DNA of 64,000 nucleotides from an uncultured bacterium. Lineage in GTDB: Bacteria > Verrucomicrobiota > Verrucomicrobiia > Limisphaerales > UBA8199. Under the pieces are notes generated by a model. It was not told where the DNA came from. It did not search any database and saw nothing but the letters and a program-made list of their open reading frames with translations. This document shows, in pieces, positions 11,274 to 20,848 of the stretch (its first letter is position 1; the number at the start of each line of letters is the position of its first letter). The position numbers were made by a program, and so were the translations under genes. The stretch covers positions 512,001 through 576,000 of the forward strand of contig CAVVMW010000006.1 in NCBI GenBank assembly GCA_963749495.1, given 5' to 3'.

Positions 11274-12025
11274 CCCGGTCCCTCCTTCCCTGCCGTGGCG
11301 GCGTGGCCCGAGGTGACGCCGGCTGGACTGTTGGGCAGCGCGATGACGCGGCGATAGAGTTCGAATGGGTATTCGTCCGCGGTCAACTCAGGCGGCAACG
11401 GGTCCACCCCCAGGCTCACCTCGATGCCAAGCGGCAGGTCGGCGCCGCTCCAGGCCTCCAGCCAATTGGTGCCGTCATAGTAACGGAAGCGCAGGAACTG
11501 CAACTGCTCGATCGTGACGCCCCCGCCGGGCGTTGCGGTCCCGCCCGCATCTAAAGGGGCTTGGTCCGCGTTGGTCGAGACCACACTGGTCTGCCTGGAC
11601 AAAGCTCCTTCGGAACGGATCAGCCCGGAGGGGCTGCCATTGGTGCCCTGCCCCAACGAGTAACTGACCAGGCGAAATGGCCAACCCCCGGTCGCAGAGG
11701 CTGAGCCGGTCGCGTTGGTCCATGCCGAGGGGAGGGGAAAGTCCAGCCTCACGAATTGGAGGTTGTCCGCGCCGCCGCTCAGCCCCTGCTGATACGTCTG
11801 GCAGCGGCGCGCCCCGCTCAACTCGCTGCTCAGCCGCTCCATCACCAGCCGCGCCGCTGAAATCTTCGCGTTCTCCTGGAGCAACTGCGTGCGCATCAAT
11901 TCGCATTGGCCGTAGAAAAACAGGACGACCATCAGGATGCCGGCGGCGATGCCGATGGCCAGGATGACCTCGATGAGCGTGAAGCCCCCAAGCGTGGCGG
12001 GGGAAAGGGGCCATGCCCCTTTCAT
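11270..12025 (-). CDS. gspJ: Minor pseudopilin GspJ-like
   Basis: GFTLIEVILAIGI N-methylation motif; C-terminal LRFRYYDGTNWLEAW...LPLGIEVSL; start placed at ATG 12025 because the upstream in-frame extension is palindromic repeat DNA. Confidence 0.8.
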   Translation of the reverse strand: MKGAWPLSPATLGGFTLIEVILAIGIAAGILMVVLFFYGQCELMRTQLLQENAKISAARLVMERLSSELSGARRCQTYQQGLSGGADNLQFVRLDFPLPSAWTNATGSASATGGWPFRLVSYSLGQGTNGSPSGLIRSEGALSRQTSVVSTNADQAPLDAGGTATPGGGVTIEQLQFLRFRYYDGTNWLEAWSGADLPLGIEVSLGVDPLPPELTADEYPFELYRRVIALPNSPAGVTSGHAATAGKEGPG

Positions 12026-12048
12026 GAACCGGCCCCCAGCCCGCCAGG

Positions 12049-12204
12049 TTTTGGACTGCGCCAGTCCTCTGGCGCTTTCGCGTCCCCAGGGTCCGAAAAG
12101 CGGCAGAGGACTGCCGCAGTCCAAAGCGCTTCGCGCCGAGCGGCGCCCATTCGGTTCATGGTCCCCTTGCGCGATCTCAAAATCGTGGAGGCTTTCCATG
12201 AACC
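12049..12204. repeat. Two adjacent palindromic elements between gspI and gspJ
   Basis: tttggactgcgccagtcctctggcgcttt..aaagcggcagaggactgccgcagtccaaa and ggttcatgg..ccatgaacc. Confidence 0.8.
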
Positions 12205-12251
12205 GAGGTTCACGTGATGTCAACGGATTCAACCACATTGCAGTGACGCAA

Positions 12252-12752
12252 TCAAAGACCCGGGCCAGACTGGGGGGCGCTCATCGCGGATTGAGGCTGC
12301 GAATCAGAGGGCCCGCTGCCCGGGACAGACCCGGCAGAGGCGGGCAGCAATTGGGTCAACCGGCAGACGATCGGCTCGGTCGCATGGCGGACAATGACTT
12401 CCACCCGCTGGAGCGGGTTGGCGACGTCTGCCAGGTCGGCCACTGGCTCGACCACCGTCTGCCAGGTCCATTGGTCGAACGGAGGCTCGAAGGGATTCGG
12501 TCCGCTGGATTCGGCGGGCTGGATGCCCATCTGGATCTCGGCCAGGACCGTGGCGGCCAGATTGCCCGCGTGGGCATTGAGTTTCAGGCGCTGGGTTTCA
12601 TCCACCGCCGCGCTGAGCGCGCCCGTGATAATAGTGGCCGCGACAACAAAGAGGACCAAGGCCAACACCACCTCCAGGAGGACCGCCCCGCGGCAGGCGG
12701 GGCGCCGGCCCGGCCTCCGTTCTTCACAGGCAATTCGGTGAATCGGGCGCAC
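12252..12752 (-). CDS. gspI: Minor pseudopilin GspI-like
   Basis: GAVLLEVVLALVLF degenerate prepilin motif; 'WTWQTVVEP...LQRVEVIV'; operon position. Confidence 0.7.
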   Translation of the reverse strand: MRPIHRIACEERRPGRRPACRGAVLLEVVLALVLFVVAATIITGALSAAVDETQRLKLNAHAGNLAATVLAEIQMGIQPAESSGPNPFEPPFDQWTWQTVVEPVADLADVANPLQRVEVIVRHATEPIVCRLTQLLPASAGSVPGSGPSDSQPQSAMSAPQSGPGL

Positions 12753-12764
12753 GGTTCGACTCGA

Positions 12765-13523
12765 TTACCTGCTGCTCTCCGGGGGGGTGGCTCGACGGTC
12801 TGTCTGCTGCGGCTGCGTCTCTGCGCCCGCCTCCTTGTCGGGCAGTTCCACGCGACTGATCGAGCCTGTAAAGCCCTCGATCTTCACGACGATGCGCCGG
12901 TCATCCACCGAGGCCCGGTCCGCCAGCGTAATCTGGGCGGAATCACAAGAGCCATTGGGGTTAAACGTTATGGATGCGGGCGCGAAAGGCTCGGCATCCA
13001 GGGGGCTGGCATCCAAAGGGCTGGCATCCAGGGAGTTGGCATCCACGGGGCTGGCATCCCCCGTCTCATCAGGGTCCGTCGCTTCATCGCCGCCCGGCTG
13101 CGGGTCCGCATTGTCGGCCAACTTGACGGTCTCCACCCCGACCATCTGGTTGACCTGGTCGATGCCCCATTGGCTGGCTTGGAAGTCCTGGAACACATCC
13201 GGTTCGCCCAGCGGGTCGGGTTCCCAGGTCAACTCCACGTGGTTCAGAGCGGTGAGGGAAGGGGCCTGGTTGGTATCCTGGACGAAATTGATCCGTACCC
13301 GCTTGCCGGTCTGCGCGGCCTCGGCCCGGGCAAACCGCAGCAGGGTCTCGAAACGGGTCGAGCCCTCGGTCAACCCCGGCTTTTGGCTCAAGGTGTCCAG
13401 GCTCAGCACCGCCAAACTGGTAAAGAGCACCAGCAACGACATGGTCAATAGCAGCTCGACCAGGGAATAGCCCTGGCGGCCGCGCCGCGACTGGCCGTGT
13501 TTATGTTCGTGCCCGTTTAACAT
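12765..13523 (-). CDS. gspH: Minor pseudopilin GspH/FimT-like
   Basis: GYSLVELLLTM motif, 'LLRFARAEAAQTG', 'ITFNPNGS'. Confidence 0.8.
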   Translation of the reverse strand: MLNGHEHKHGQSRRGRQGYSLVELLLTMSLLVLFTSLAVLSLDTLSQKPGLTEGSTRFETLLRFARAEAAQTGKRVRINFVQDTNQAPSLTALNHVELTWEPDPLGEPDVFQDFQASQWGIDQVNQMVGVETVKLADNADPQPGGDEATDPDETGDASPVDANSLDASPLDASPLDAEPFAPASITFNPNGSCDSAQITLADRASVDDRRIVVKIEGFTGSISRVELPDKEAGAETQPQQTDRRATPPESSR

Positions 13524-13544
13524 TGCCCAATCAAGAGTCTTTGG

Positions 13545-14120
13545 TCACTTGCCTGTGCTGCCGGTTTTGCCGCTGCCGCTGCCGCTGCCGCTGCCGCTCG
13601 TGTCGTCCAGCACCGTCTTGGCGTCCTTGCCCGTGTTCTTGTCGTCGAAAAGCTTGATGTCGTCGTCGGTGTCCGGGATGCCGTCCGGCCCCAGCGAGTA
13701 GAGCTTGTAGTCCGGCGTGCCGGGGTCGGTCGTCAAGGTCTTGTCCACCAACTCATACCGGATCTTGTTGCCCCAGGGGTCTTCCAGTTTCGTGCCGGGC
13801 TTGAGGTATGGTCCTTGCCATTTCTCTCCCAGGCGCTCGTTGTCGAAGTTCGGTTTCACCAGCAACGCCCCCAACCCGCCCTGATCTTCGGTCGGATACG
13901 ACCCGATATTAAGCCGGTAAGTATCCAGCGCCGACTGAACCTGGTTGAGCAACAACCGGGTCGTGTTCACTTCAGCCCCTTTTTGCTGAGGCAAGACATA
14001 CACCACCAAGGCCCCCGCCAGCATCAAAATGATGACGATGACCAGGAGTATCTCGATCAGGGTAAAACCTGCCGCCGGCCTCGCGGGCCGCATGGCCCGG
14101 AACTTTTGCTTCAAAACCAT
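13545..14120 (-). CDS. gspG: Major pseudopilin GspG
   Basis: GFTLIEILLVIVI; ALDTYRLNIGSYPTEDQGGLGALL; WQGPYL...DPWGN; LYSLGPDG. Confidence 0.93.
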   Translation of the reverse strand: MVLKQKFRAMRPARPAAGFTLIEILLVIVIILMLAGALVVYVLPQQKGAEVNTTRLLLNQVQSALDTYRLNIGSYPTEDQGGLGALLVKPNFDNERLGEKWQGPYLKPGTKLEDPWGNKIRYELVDKTLTTDPGTPDYKLYSLGPDGIPDTDDDIKLFDDKNTGKDAKTVLDDTSGSGSGSGSGKTGSTGK

Positions 14121-14349
14121 ATTGTCAAGAAATAGTGTAACCCTTTTGAGACGGTTTTCAAGCCCGGATTATTCATCCGGGAAACAAATCCGCACCAAAG
14201 CCGTCAGGCCGGCGAGCCGGCTTTGAGTCGCTTCTGCGATCTTTATCGTTGCCTTTCTCTCAATCTTGGTCGAAAACCGGCCATTCGACAAGACTTTCGA
14301 CAAAAAAATGCCAAGCTCATCCAGGGTCCTGTGCAACAGGACGCCGGGC

Positions 14350-15558
14350 TCATTTGGCGCTAAGCGTGCTCGCCATTGTGAAGATAGGCAGTAGCAAGCC
14401 CAGTGCCAAAAAACCGATTCCCGCCGCCACCACGCACAGGATGACCGGCTCGACCAACCGCACAGCCTGGTCCACCTGCCGGTTGGTCCGACGTTCCACA
14501 GTGTCGGCAATGTGCAAGAGGACCTTCTCCAACTGGTTGGACTCCTCGGCCACGCTGATCATCGCGACAACCTGTTCCGGAAACATCCCCCCTTGCGCCA
14601 GCGGTTCGGTCAGGGGCTGGCCGGCGCGGACGTTCTCGGCCGCCTCCGCCACCCGTTCGGCCAGCAGGGGGGAGCCGGTCGAGTCTTTGCTGATGCTCAG
14701 GGCCTGGAGCATCGGCACCCCGTTGGCCAGCATCGTCCCCAGGATCCGGCAAAACCTCGTGATCGCCACCATCCGCAGCGCCGTCCCCACCACAGGCACC
14801 TTGAACCGCCATCGCTCCAGCCAACGCCGTCCGGCCACGCTCTTCAGACCGGACCACAGGAGGCTGACCGCCCCGCCAAGGCCCAAGACCAGCAGGTACC
14901 AGTACCCCCGCACCAAGTGGCTCAACGCGAAGAGCAACTGCGTCGGCACCGTCTTGTGGACCGCGCCGAGCAGCGGCTCGAATCGAGGGACAAAAAAAAC
15001 CATCGCGCCGAGCATCACCACCGTCCCGACGACCGTCAGCAAGGCCGGATAGATCATAGCCCCGGCGACCTTGCTGCGCAGTTCATCCAGGCGCTCCAGG
15101 AACTCCGCCAGGCTCCGCAGGACCTGCTCCAGGAAGCTGGCCCGTTCACCCGCCTGGATCATCGCCGTGTGCAAGGGCGAAAAGACGCGCGGGTGCTGCC
15201 GCATCGACTCAGTCAGCGATTTGCCGTCCGCCACCGCTGCCTGGACCTCCTTCAAGACCTCGCACAGCCGCGCATTGACCGTCGAGCGCACCAGCGAATT
15301 GAGCGCCCGCAACAGCGGCACGCCCGACCCGAGCAAGTCGCCCAGTTGACTGTACATCACCCCCAGGTCCCGGCTGGGAATCCGCCCTGCCAGCCGCTTG
15401 CGCTTCTCATCGCTCGTGCCCCCCATGTTGCGGATCGCCACCGGGAACAGCTCCCTCTCATCCAACACTCGAAGCACCGCCGCCTCGCTGTCGGCGTTCA
15501 GGGTCCCCGTCACCGTCTGGCCTTGCGCGGACCTGGCTCTGTATTGGAATTCACCCAT
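14350..15558 (-). CDS. gspF: Type II secretion platform protein GspF
   Basis: Two T2SSF repeats (LLGSGVPLLRAL, AGERASFLEQVL, AMIYP, MLANGVPMLQAL, LVEPVIL). Confidence 0.95.
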   Translation of the reverse strand: MGEFQYRARSAQGQTVTGTLNADSEAAVLRVLDERELFPVAIRNMGGTSDEKRKRLAGRIPSRDLGVMYSQLGDLLGSGVPLLRALNSLVRSTVNARLCEVLKEVQAAVADGKSLTESMRQHPRVFSPLHTAMIQAGERASFLEQVLRSLAEFLERLDELRSKVAGAMIYPALLTVVGTVVMLGAMVFFVPRFEPLLGAVHKTVPTQLLFALSHLVRGYWYLLVLGLGGAVSLLWSGLKSVAGRRWLERWRFKVPVVGTALRMVAITRFCRILGTMLANGVPMLQALSISKDSTGSPLLAERVAEAAENVRAGQPLTEPLAQGGMFPEQVVAMISVAEESNQLEKVLLHIADTVERRTNRQVDQAVRLVEPVILCVVAAGIGFLALGLLLPIFTMASTLSAK

Positions 15559-15564
15559 GGCTGT

Positions 15565-17235
15565 CTAGACTGCGGTGCATTTGAGCACCTCCTCGATGGT
15601 CGTCACGCCCGCCCGCACCTTGCACCAGCCGTCCTCGCGCAGGAGGCGCAGGCCGCTGGCGCGCGCGGCCTGGACGACCTCGAGGGTCGGGGAGCATTTC
15701 ATGACCTTCTCGGAGATGGCATCGTTCATGATCATCAACTCATAAAGGCCGGTTCGCCCGCGATAGCCCGTGCCGCGGCAGGTCTCGCAGCCCTGGCCCT
15801 GATAGAGGACCTGGCCGGGGGCCAGCGTCAGGTCGGCAGGGCAGCGGACCGAGCCGGGCGGAGAGGGGGACTTGCACCCGGCGCAGATCTTGCGGACCAG
15901 GCGCTGGGCCATCGCCCCGATGAGCGTGCTGCTCACCAGGTAGGGCTCGACCCCCATGTCGATCAAACGCGTGGGCGCCGAGCCGGCATCGTTGGTGTGC
16001 AGGGTCGAAAAGACCAGGTGCCCGGTCAACGAGGCCTGGATGGCCGCATGGGCGGTCTCCAGGTCGCGAATCTCGCCGATCATCACCACGTCCGGGTCGT
16101 GGCGCAGGATGGCCCGCAGCCCGCGCTCGAAGGTCATTCCCACCTTCTGGTCCACGGGGATCTGGTTCACGCCCTGGAGGTGGTATTCGACGGGGTCTTC
16201 CACCGTGAGCACCTTCAGTTCGGGCCCGACAATTGCGTTGAGGGCGGCATAGAGTGTCGTGGTCTTGCCGCTGCCGGTCGGGCCGGTGACCAGGATGATG
16301 CCGTGCGGGCGGTCGATCAGGCCCTTGAACGAGGCGAAGGTCGGCTCATCCATCCCCAGCTCGGTCAACGTGAAGAGCACGCTCGCCTTGTCCAGGATGC
16401 GCATGACAATCCCCTCCCCGAAAAGCATGGGGATGACGCTCACGCGCACGTCGATCTGGCGCCCGCCGATCTGGAAGTTGATGCGCCCGTCCTGCGGCAC
16501 CCGCCGTTCCGCAATATTCAGGCTGGCCAGGATCTTGATGCGGCTGATGATCGCCGCCTGGAATTGGTGGATCTGCGGCGGGACCGAGGCGCACTGCAAG
16601 ACGCCGTCGATGCGGTAGCGGATCGACAACTCGTGCTCGTAGGGCTCGACATGAATGTCGCTGGCCCGTTCGTGGACGGCCTCGACGATGATCTCGTTGA
16701 CCAGCTTGATGACGCTGGCCTCCTGGGCCATCTCCATCAGGTCTTCGCTGCTCTCCCCGCTGGCGCGCGCCGCGGCCAGCCCTTCGGTGCCCACCATCTC
16801 ATCGATCGTGTCGCCGCCCACACCGTAATGCGCCTTGATCAGCTTCTCGATCTCGTCCCGCGTCGCCAAAAACGGCTTCACCTGCAGCCCTGTCAGCAGC
16901 CGGATATCGTCAAACACGCTCAGGTCGAAGGCATCGCTGGTGGCCACGCCCAGCCCGCCGTTCTCCCGCGAGATCGGCACCAGCCGCTTGCGGAAAATGA
17001 ACTTCGTGGGCAGCGCCTGCCGCGTCTCCGGGTCAATGACCACCTCGCTCAAATTGGCCAGCGGGATATTCAGGCACTCGCCCATCACCTCCAGCACCTG
17101 CCGCTCGCTCAAAAACCCCAGTTGAACAATCGCCTGGTCCACCCGCAACTTCTGCGCCTGCGCCGCCGCCGCCGCCTCGCGCAGTTGCTCCGCCGTCACC
17201 AGGCCCTTGCTCAATAGGATGTCCGTTATGCTCAT
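15565..17235 (-). CDS. gspE: Type II secretion ATPase GspE/PilB
   Basis: ASDIHVEP, PQDGRI, Walker A GPTGSGKT, LRHDPDVVMIGEIRD, TGHLVFSTLHTN, two CxxC zinc motifs. Confidence 0.97.
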   Translation of the reverse strand: MSITDILLSKGLVTAEQLREAAAAAQAQKLRVDQAIVQLGFLSERQVLEVMGECLNIPLANLSEVVIDPETRQALPTKFIFRKRLVPISRENGGLGVATSDAFDLSVFDDIRLLTGLQVKPFLATRDEIEKLIKAHYGVGGDTIDEMVGTEGLAAARASGESSEDLMEMAQEASVIKLVNEIIVEAVHERASDIHVEPYEHELSIRYRIDGVLQCASVPPQIHQFQAAIISRIKILASLNIAERRVPQDGRINFQIGGRQIDVRVSVIPMLFGEGIVMRILDKASVLFTLTELGMDEPTFASFKGLIDRPHGIILVTGPTGSGKTTTLYAALNAIVGPELKVLTVEDPVEYHLQGVNQIPVDQKVGMTFERGLRAILRHDPDVVMIGEIRDLETAHAAIQASLTGHLVFSTLHTNDAGSAPTRLIDMGVEPYLVSSTLIGAMAQRLVRKICAGCKSPSPPGSVRCPADLTLAPGQVLYQGQGCETCRGTGYRGRTGLYELMIMNDAISEKVMKCSPTLEVVQAARASGLRLLREDGWCKVRAGVTTIEEVLKCTAV

Positions 17236-17401
17236 CGCCGCGTTCCGCCGCCATTATTACAGTGATCCGCCCGCCGTGGCAAGCGGAGGGTCGAGGGTCG
17301 AGGGAAGGACACCCGGCACCCGGCTCTCGTCCCTCGCTTCACGCCAGGGAAATCGACGACCGGGCCAAACGAAAATTCACCCTCTCCCAATCCCCGATCA
17401 G

Positions 17402-17506
17402 TCAATGCCTCTTGTAGAGCGCCAGGAAGGCGCCCAGGAGCACCAGGGACAGGATGATCACCAGGGAGATAAAGCGTCTGAGGGCCTTGCGTTTTTCGTA
17501 GATCAT
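17402..17506 (-). CDS. 34-aa membrane micropeptide (MIYEKRKALRRFISLVIILSLVLLGAFLALYKRH), not in the ORF track
   Basis: GGAGG 5 nt before the ATG; clean ORF; diverged copy of the C-terminal TM tail of the upstream gene. Confidence 0.6.
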   Translation of the reverse strand: MIYEKRKALRRFISLVIILSLVLLGAFLALYKRH

Positions 17507-17524
17507 CAGTGCCTCCGGCGGTGC

Positions 17525-18059
17525 CTAGCGTTTGCGGTAGAGCCCGAGGAAGGTCCCCAGGAGCAGCAGGAAGAGGATGCAGACCAGGAGGATGAAGCGT
17601 CTGCGGGCCTTGCGTTTCTCGTAGCGGAGGGGTCGCAGGCCCTGGATGCCGCCGGCGGCCAGGTAGCTGATGAGCTTGGGATTGGTGGCCGCGGGGCCCT
17701 GGAACCAACTGCGGATGCGGCGGAGCAAGGCGGGCAGGTCGTATTTGCGCACACCCAGGTCGTTGTAATGGTCGAGGGTGTTTGCCGAGTCGGCATGGGA
17801 TTCGAGGCGGCTAGGGTCGACGTTCCTCGAAAATGGGCTCCTGGGCGGGCGTGGCCTGGGCCGGGGGTGGGGCGGCGGGGGTGTGGCTGAGAGTATTTCC
17901 GTGAGGCAGGGCAGTCGAGCGGAGGCGCGGCTGGGTCTGGGGGTTGCGCTGCAACAGGGCGTCGAGCCGTTTGATCTCGTCCTGGACGTGAGCGATCTCG
18001 CGTTTCAGGACGCGGGCGCGGGCCGAAAGGGGGTCGGTTTTTCTTTTTGGCCAGGCCAT
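17525..18059 (-). CDS. Hypothetical protein with N-terminal coiled coil and C-terminal TM anchor; indel at ~17823
   Basis: MAWPKRKTDPLSARARVLKREI... joins after a one-base shift to VDPSRLESH...DLGVRKYDL...YEKRKARRRFILLVCILFLLLLG. Confidence 0.7.
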
Positions 18060-18072
18060 AACGACGGGCGAC

Positions 18073-18747
18073 TCAGCGGCGCAACAATAGGGCCAGCACG
18101 ACCAGGGTGATGGCGACGACCACCGCCAGGGGCCAAGTGATGGCAAAGCCGAGCCGGCACAGGTCGCTAAAGGTGTAGGTCTCCAGCAGGGTGCGCGGAG
18201 CGTTCCGGGCGGCGGGCGCCTCCGGGGAGGCCGACTGCGCCTCACCCGCCAGCACCGGGAGCTTCAGCCGCGAGGCATTCCACTCCATGCGCGCATTTTC
18301 CAGCGTGGTCAAGGCCCGAGTCAGTTCGAGGTTGAAGTTCTCCCGGGTCCAGGTTTCCTCGTTGATGGCTTGGACCTTGGCCAGGGCATCGCGCAGGTCC
18401 ACAAGGGCCTTGGCCATCTGCTCGGCGTCGCGGCGCGCGGCGAACTCCGCCTCTTCGAGCAGGCCCAGCCCGCGGGTCAGGCTGCGGACCATCTCGACGC
18501 GCCCGGTCTGGAATTCCGCCTGCCGGCGGCGGGTCTCCTCCAGCACCGCCCGCTCGCGCTCCAGTTGCTCCTGTGCGCGCCTCAACTCGGCCAGTTTCTG
18601 CTGCGCCTCGGCCACCTTCGAGTCCACCTCCTCGCGCGTGGGGGCCCGCGGCTCGGAACCCGGGCCAGGCAGGGGGGCGGAGCCCGAGGTCTTGTGCGCC
18701 TGCAGATCGCCGTCGATGAACTCCGTTGCGTCGTAATCCGAAGACAT
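18073..18747 (-). CDS. Hypothetical coiled-coil protein with C-terminal TM helix
   Basis: 224-aa ORF, long heptad-rich helix, hydrophobic C-terminus; good promoter directly upstream. Confidence 0.8.
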   Translation of the reverse strand: MSSDYDATEFIDGDLQAHKTSGSAPLPGPGSEPRAPTREEVDSKVAEAQQKLAELRRAQEQLERERAVLEETRRRQAEFQTGRVEMVRSLTRGLGLLEEAEFAARRDAEQMAKALVDLRDALAKVQAINEETWTRENFNLELTRALTTLENARMEWNASRLKLPVLAGEAQSASPEAPAARNAPRTLLETYTFSDLCRLGFAITWPLAVVVAITLVVLALLLRR

Positions 18748-18753
18748 GCCTGG

Positions 18754-18782
18754 AGTCTAGTCAGCCGGCACGACGATGTAAA
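18754..18782 (-). promoter_or_regulatory. Sigma70-like promoter, leaderless, probably driving the T2SS operon
   Basis: TTTACA-17 nt-TAGACT, then 6 nt to ATG 18747. Confidence 0.6.
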
Positions 18783-18800
18783 GGCCGGCAGCATTTGCCC

Positions 18801-18829
18801 TTGTCAGGCCGCATGGGCCGCCCTACACT
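18801..18829 (+). promoter_or_regulatory. Sigma70-like promoter for GST-phoH (divergent from the T2SS promoter)
   Basis: TTGTCA-17 nt-TACACT. Confidence 0.55.
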
Positions 18830-18863
18830 CAGACCCGTTGGCCCCTGAGCGACAACGCATGAC

Positions 18864-19550
18864 ATGATCGAACTGATTCAGTTTCCCTGGAGCCCCTTCT
18901 GCATCGTCCAGCGCCGCATCCTGGAGTTCTCCGGGATGCGCTTTAGAATCACCAATATCCCCAACGGCGACCGCTCCCTGGTCTGGCGGCTGAGCAAACA
19001 ACGCTATTACTGCGTGCCCATCCTCCGGGACGGCAAATCGGTCATCTTCGAGATCAACGACCACTCGCAGGTTATTGCCAAATACCTGGACACACGGCTC
19101 AAACTGGGCCTGTTCCCCTGGGAACTCGAAGGGGTGCAATCCATCCTCTGGCGCTACATCGAAACTGAGGTCGAGGCGGTCGGTTTCAAGCTCAACGACA
19201 TCTACTGGAAGGAGTTTGTCCCGGCGCCGGACCGGCTGCTGTTTTTGCGGCACAAGGAGCGCCGGTTCGGGCAGGGCTGCCTGGCCGCCTGGAAGACCCA
19301 GCGCAAGGCCCTGCTCTGCCAACTGGAGCAACTGCTGCTGCCCTTCGAGGAGATGCTCCTCTACAAGCCGTTCCTGCTCGATCAACGCCCGCGCTTCGCG
19401 GACTTTGACCTCTACGGCATCCTGGGCAATTTTCTGCACTCGGGCCATTACCGCCTCCCGGCAGCCCACGACCGGCTCCGGCAGTGGCACAAACGCATGA
19501 CCGCGGCCCAACTCAAGCCCTTTGCTCGTGAAAAAGAATTACATTCTTGA
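18864..19550 (+). CDS. Glutathione S-transferase family protein
   Basis: FPWSPFC N-terminal motif, VPILRDG, SQVIAKYLD, C-terminal FLLDQRPRFADFDLYG. Confidence 0.88.
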   Translation: MIELIQFPWSPFCIVQRRILEFSGMRFRITNIPNGDRSLVWRLSKQRYYCVPILRDGKSVIFEINDHSQVIAKYLDTRLKLGLFPWELEGVQSILWRYIETEVEAVGFKLNDIYWKEFVPAPDRLLFLRHKERRFGQGCLAAWKTQRKALLCQLEQLLLPFEEMLLYKPFLLDQRPRFADFDLYGILGNFLHSGHYRLPAAHDRLRQWHKRMTAAQLKPFAREKELHS

Positions 19551-20844
19551 CACCAATGTCCTCCTGCACGATCCCAACTCCCTCCTCAAGTTCGAGGACA
19601 ATAACGTCCTGCTGCCGATCGAGGTCATCGAGGAGATAGACCGCTTCAAGCGCGAGTCCAGCGAGCTGGGCCAGAATGCGCGCACGGTCTCGCGGATGCT
19701 CGACGGCTTTCGGAGCGTCGGGCGGTTGAGCGAAGGGGTGGCCCTGCCCAACGGGGGCCACCTGAGAATCATCTTCCAAAAGGCCAAATCGGCCCGCAAC
19801 GGCCACGCCCTGTTCAGCGACAACACCGTGGACAACCGCATCCTCTCGCTGGCCTTCAGCGTCCTCAAGGCCCAGCCCCGCGGCCAGACCGTCCTGGTGA
19901 GCAAGGACATCAACCTGCGCATCAAGGCCGACGCCCTCGGGCTCCAGGCCGAGGACTACGAGAATGACCGCGTGCTCATCAAGGACCTCTATACGGGCAT
20001 GATCGAACTCACGGTCGGCCCGGATCAGATCGCCGCCTTCCGCGCCGCCGGCCTGATGGAAGTCAACGGCGGCCAGCACTACGCTCCCAACGAATACTGC
20101 ACCCTGATCGAGCAGACCAACCCCAAACGCACCGCCCTGGCGCGCGTGGACACCAGCGGGACCCGGCTGCTGCCCATCATCGACTCCCGCGACGGGGTGT
20201 GGGGCATCAAACCGCGCAACCGGGAACAGCACTTCGCCTTCGACGCCCTGCTCGATGACCGGGTCAAACTGGTCACCTTGATGGGCAAGGCGGGCACCGG
20301 CAAGACCCTCCTGGCCATGGCCGCCGGCCTCAAGCGAACCGTGCTCGACCGCGAGTACCGCCGGCTGGTCGTCGCCCGCCCGACCATCTCGATGGGCAAG
20401 GAGCTGGGTTTCCTGCCCGGCTCCCTCGAAGAGAAACTGGCGCCCTGGATGCAGCCCATCCACGACGCGCTGGAGATGCTCAGCGACCTCAACATGGGCC
20501 ACGAGCATCGCCGCAGCGCCGACCTCATGCGCTCCGGCAGCATCGTCGTCGAGGCCCTCAGCTACATCCGCGGGCGCAGCATTGCCAACCAATTCATGAT
20601 TATCGACGAGGCCCAGAACCTCACCCCACTCGAAGCCAAAACCATCATCACCCGCGTCGGCCACGGCACCAAGGTCATCCTCACCGGCGACCCCTACCAG
20701 ATCGATAATCCTTACGTCGATTCCTCCTCCAACGGCTTCAATTACGTCGTCAGCCGCTTCCGCACCGAACCGATTGCCGCCCACATCGAGTTGCAAAAAG
20801 GCGAGCGCTCCGAACTGGCCGAGCTGGCCGCCAATGTCCTGTAG
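19528..20844 (+). CDS. PIN-PhoH family protein (PhoH2/YlaK-like)
   Basis: YILDTNVLLHDP PIN domain; LVSKDINLRIKADALG; GKAGTGKT; GFLPGSLEEK; YIRGRS; IIDEAQN. Confidence 0.95.
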   Translation: MKKNYILDTNVLLHDPNSLLKFEDNNVLLPIEVIEEIDRFKRESSELGQNARTVSRMLDGFRSVGRLSEGVALPNGGHLRIIFQKAKSARNGHALFSDNTVDNRILSLAFSVLKAQPRGQTVLVSKDINLRIKADALGLQAEDYENDRVLIKDLYTGMIELTVGPDQIAAFRAAGLMEVNGGQHYAPNEYCTLIEQTNPKRTALARVDTSGTRLLPIIDSRDGVWGIKPRNREQHFAFDALLDDRVKLVTLMGKAGTGKTLLAMAAGLKRTVLDREYRRLVVARPTISMGKELGFLPGSLEEKLAPWMQPIHDALEMLSDLNMGHEHRRSADLMRSGSIVVEALSYIRGRSIANQFMIIDEAQNLTPLEAKTIITRVGHGTKVILTGDPYQIDNPYVDSSSNGFNYVVSRFRTEPIAAHIELQKGERSELAELAANVL

Positions 20845-20848
20845 GCGG

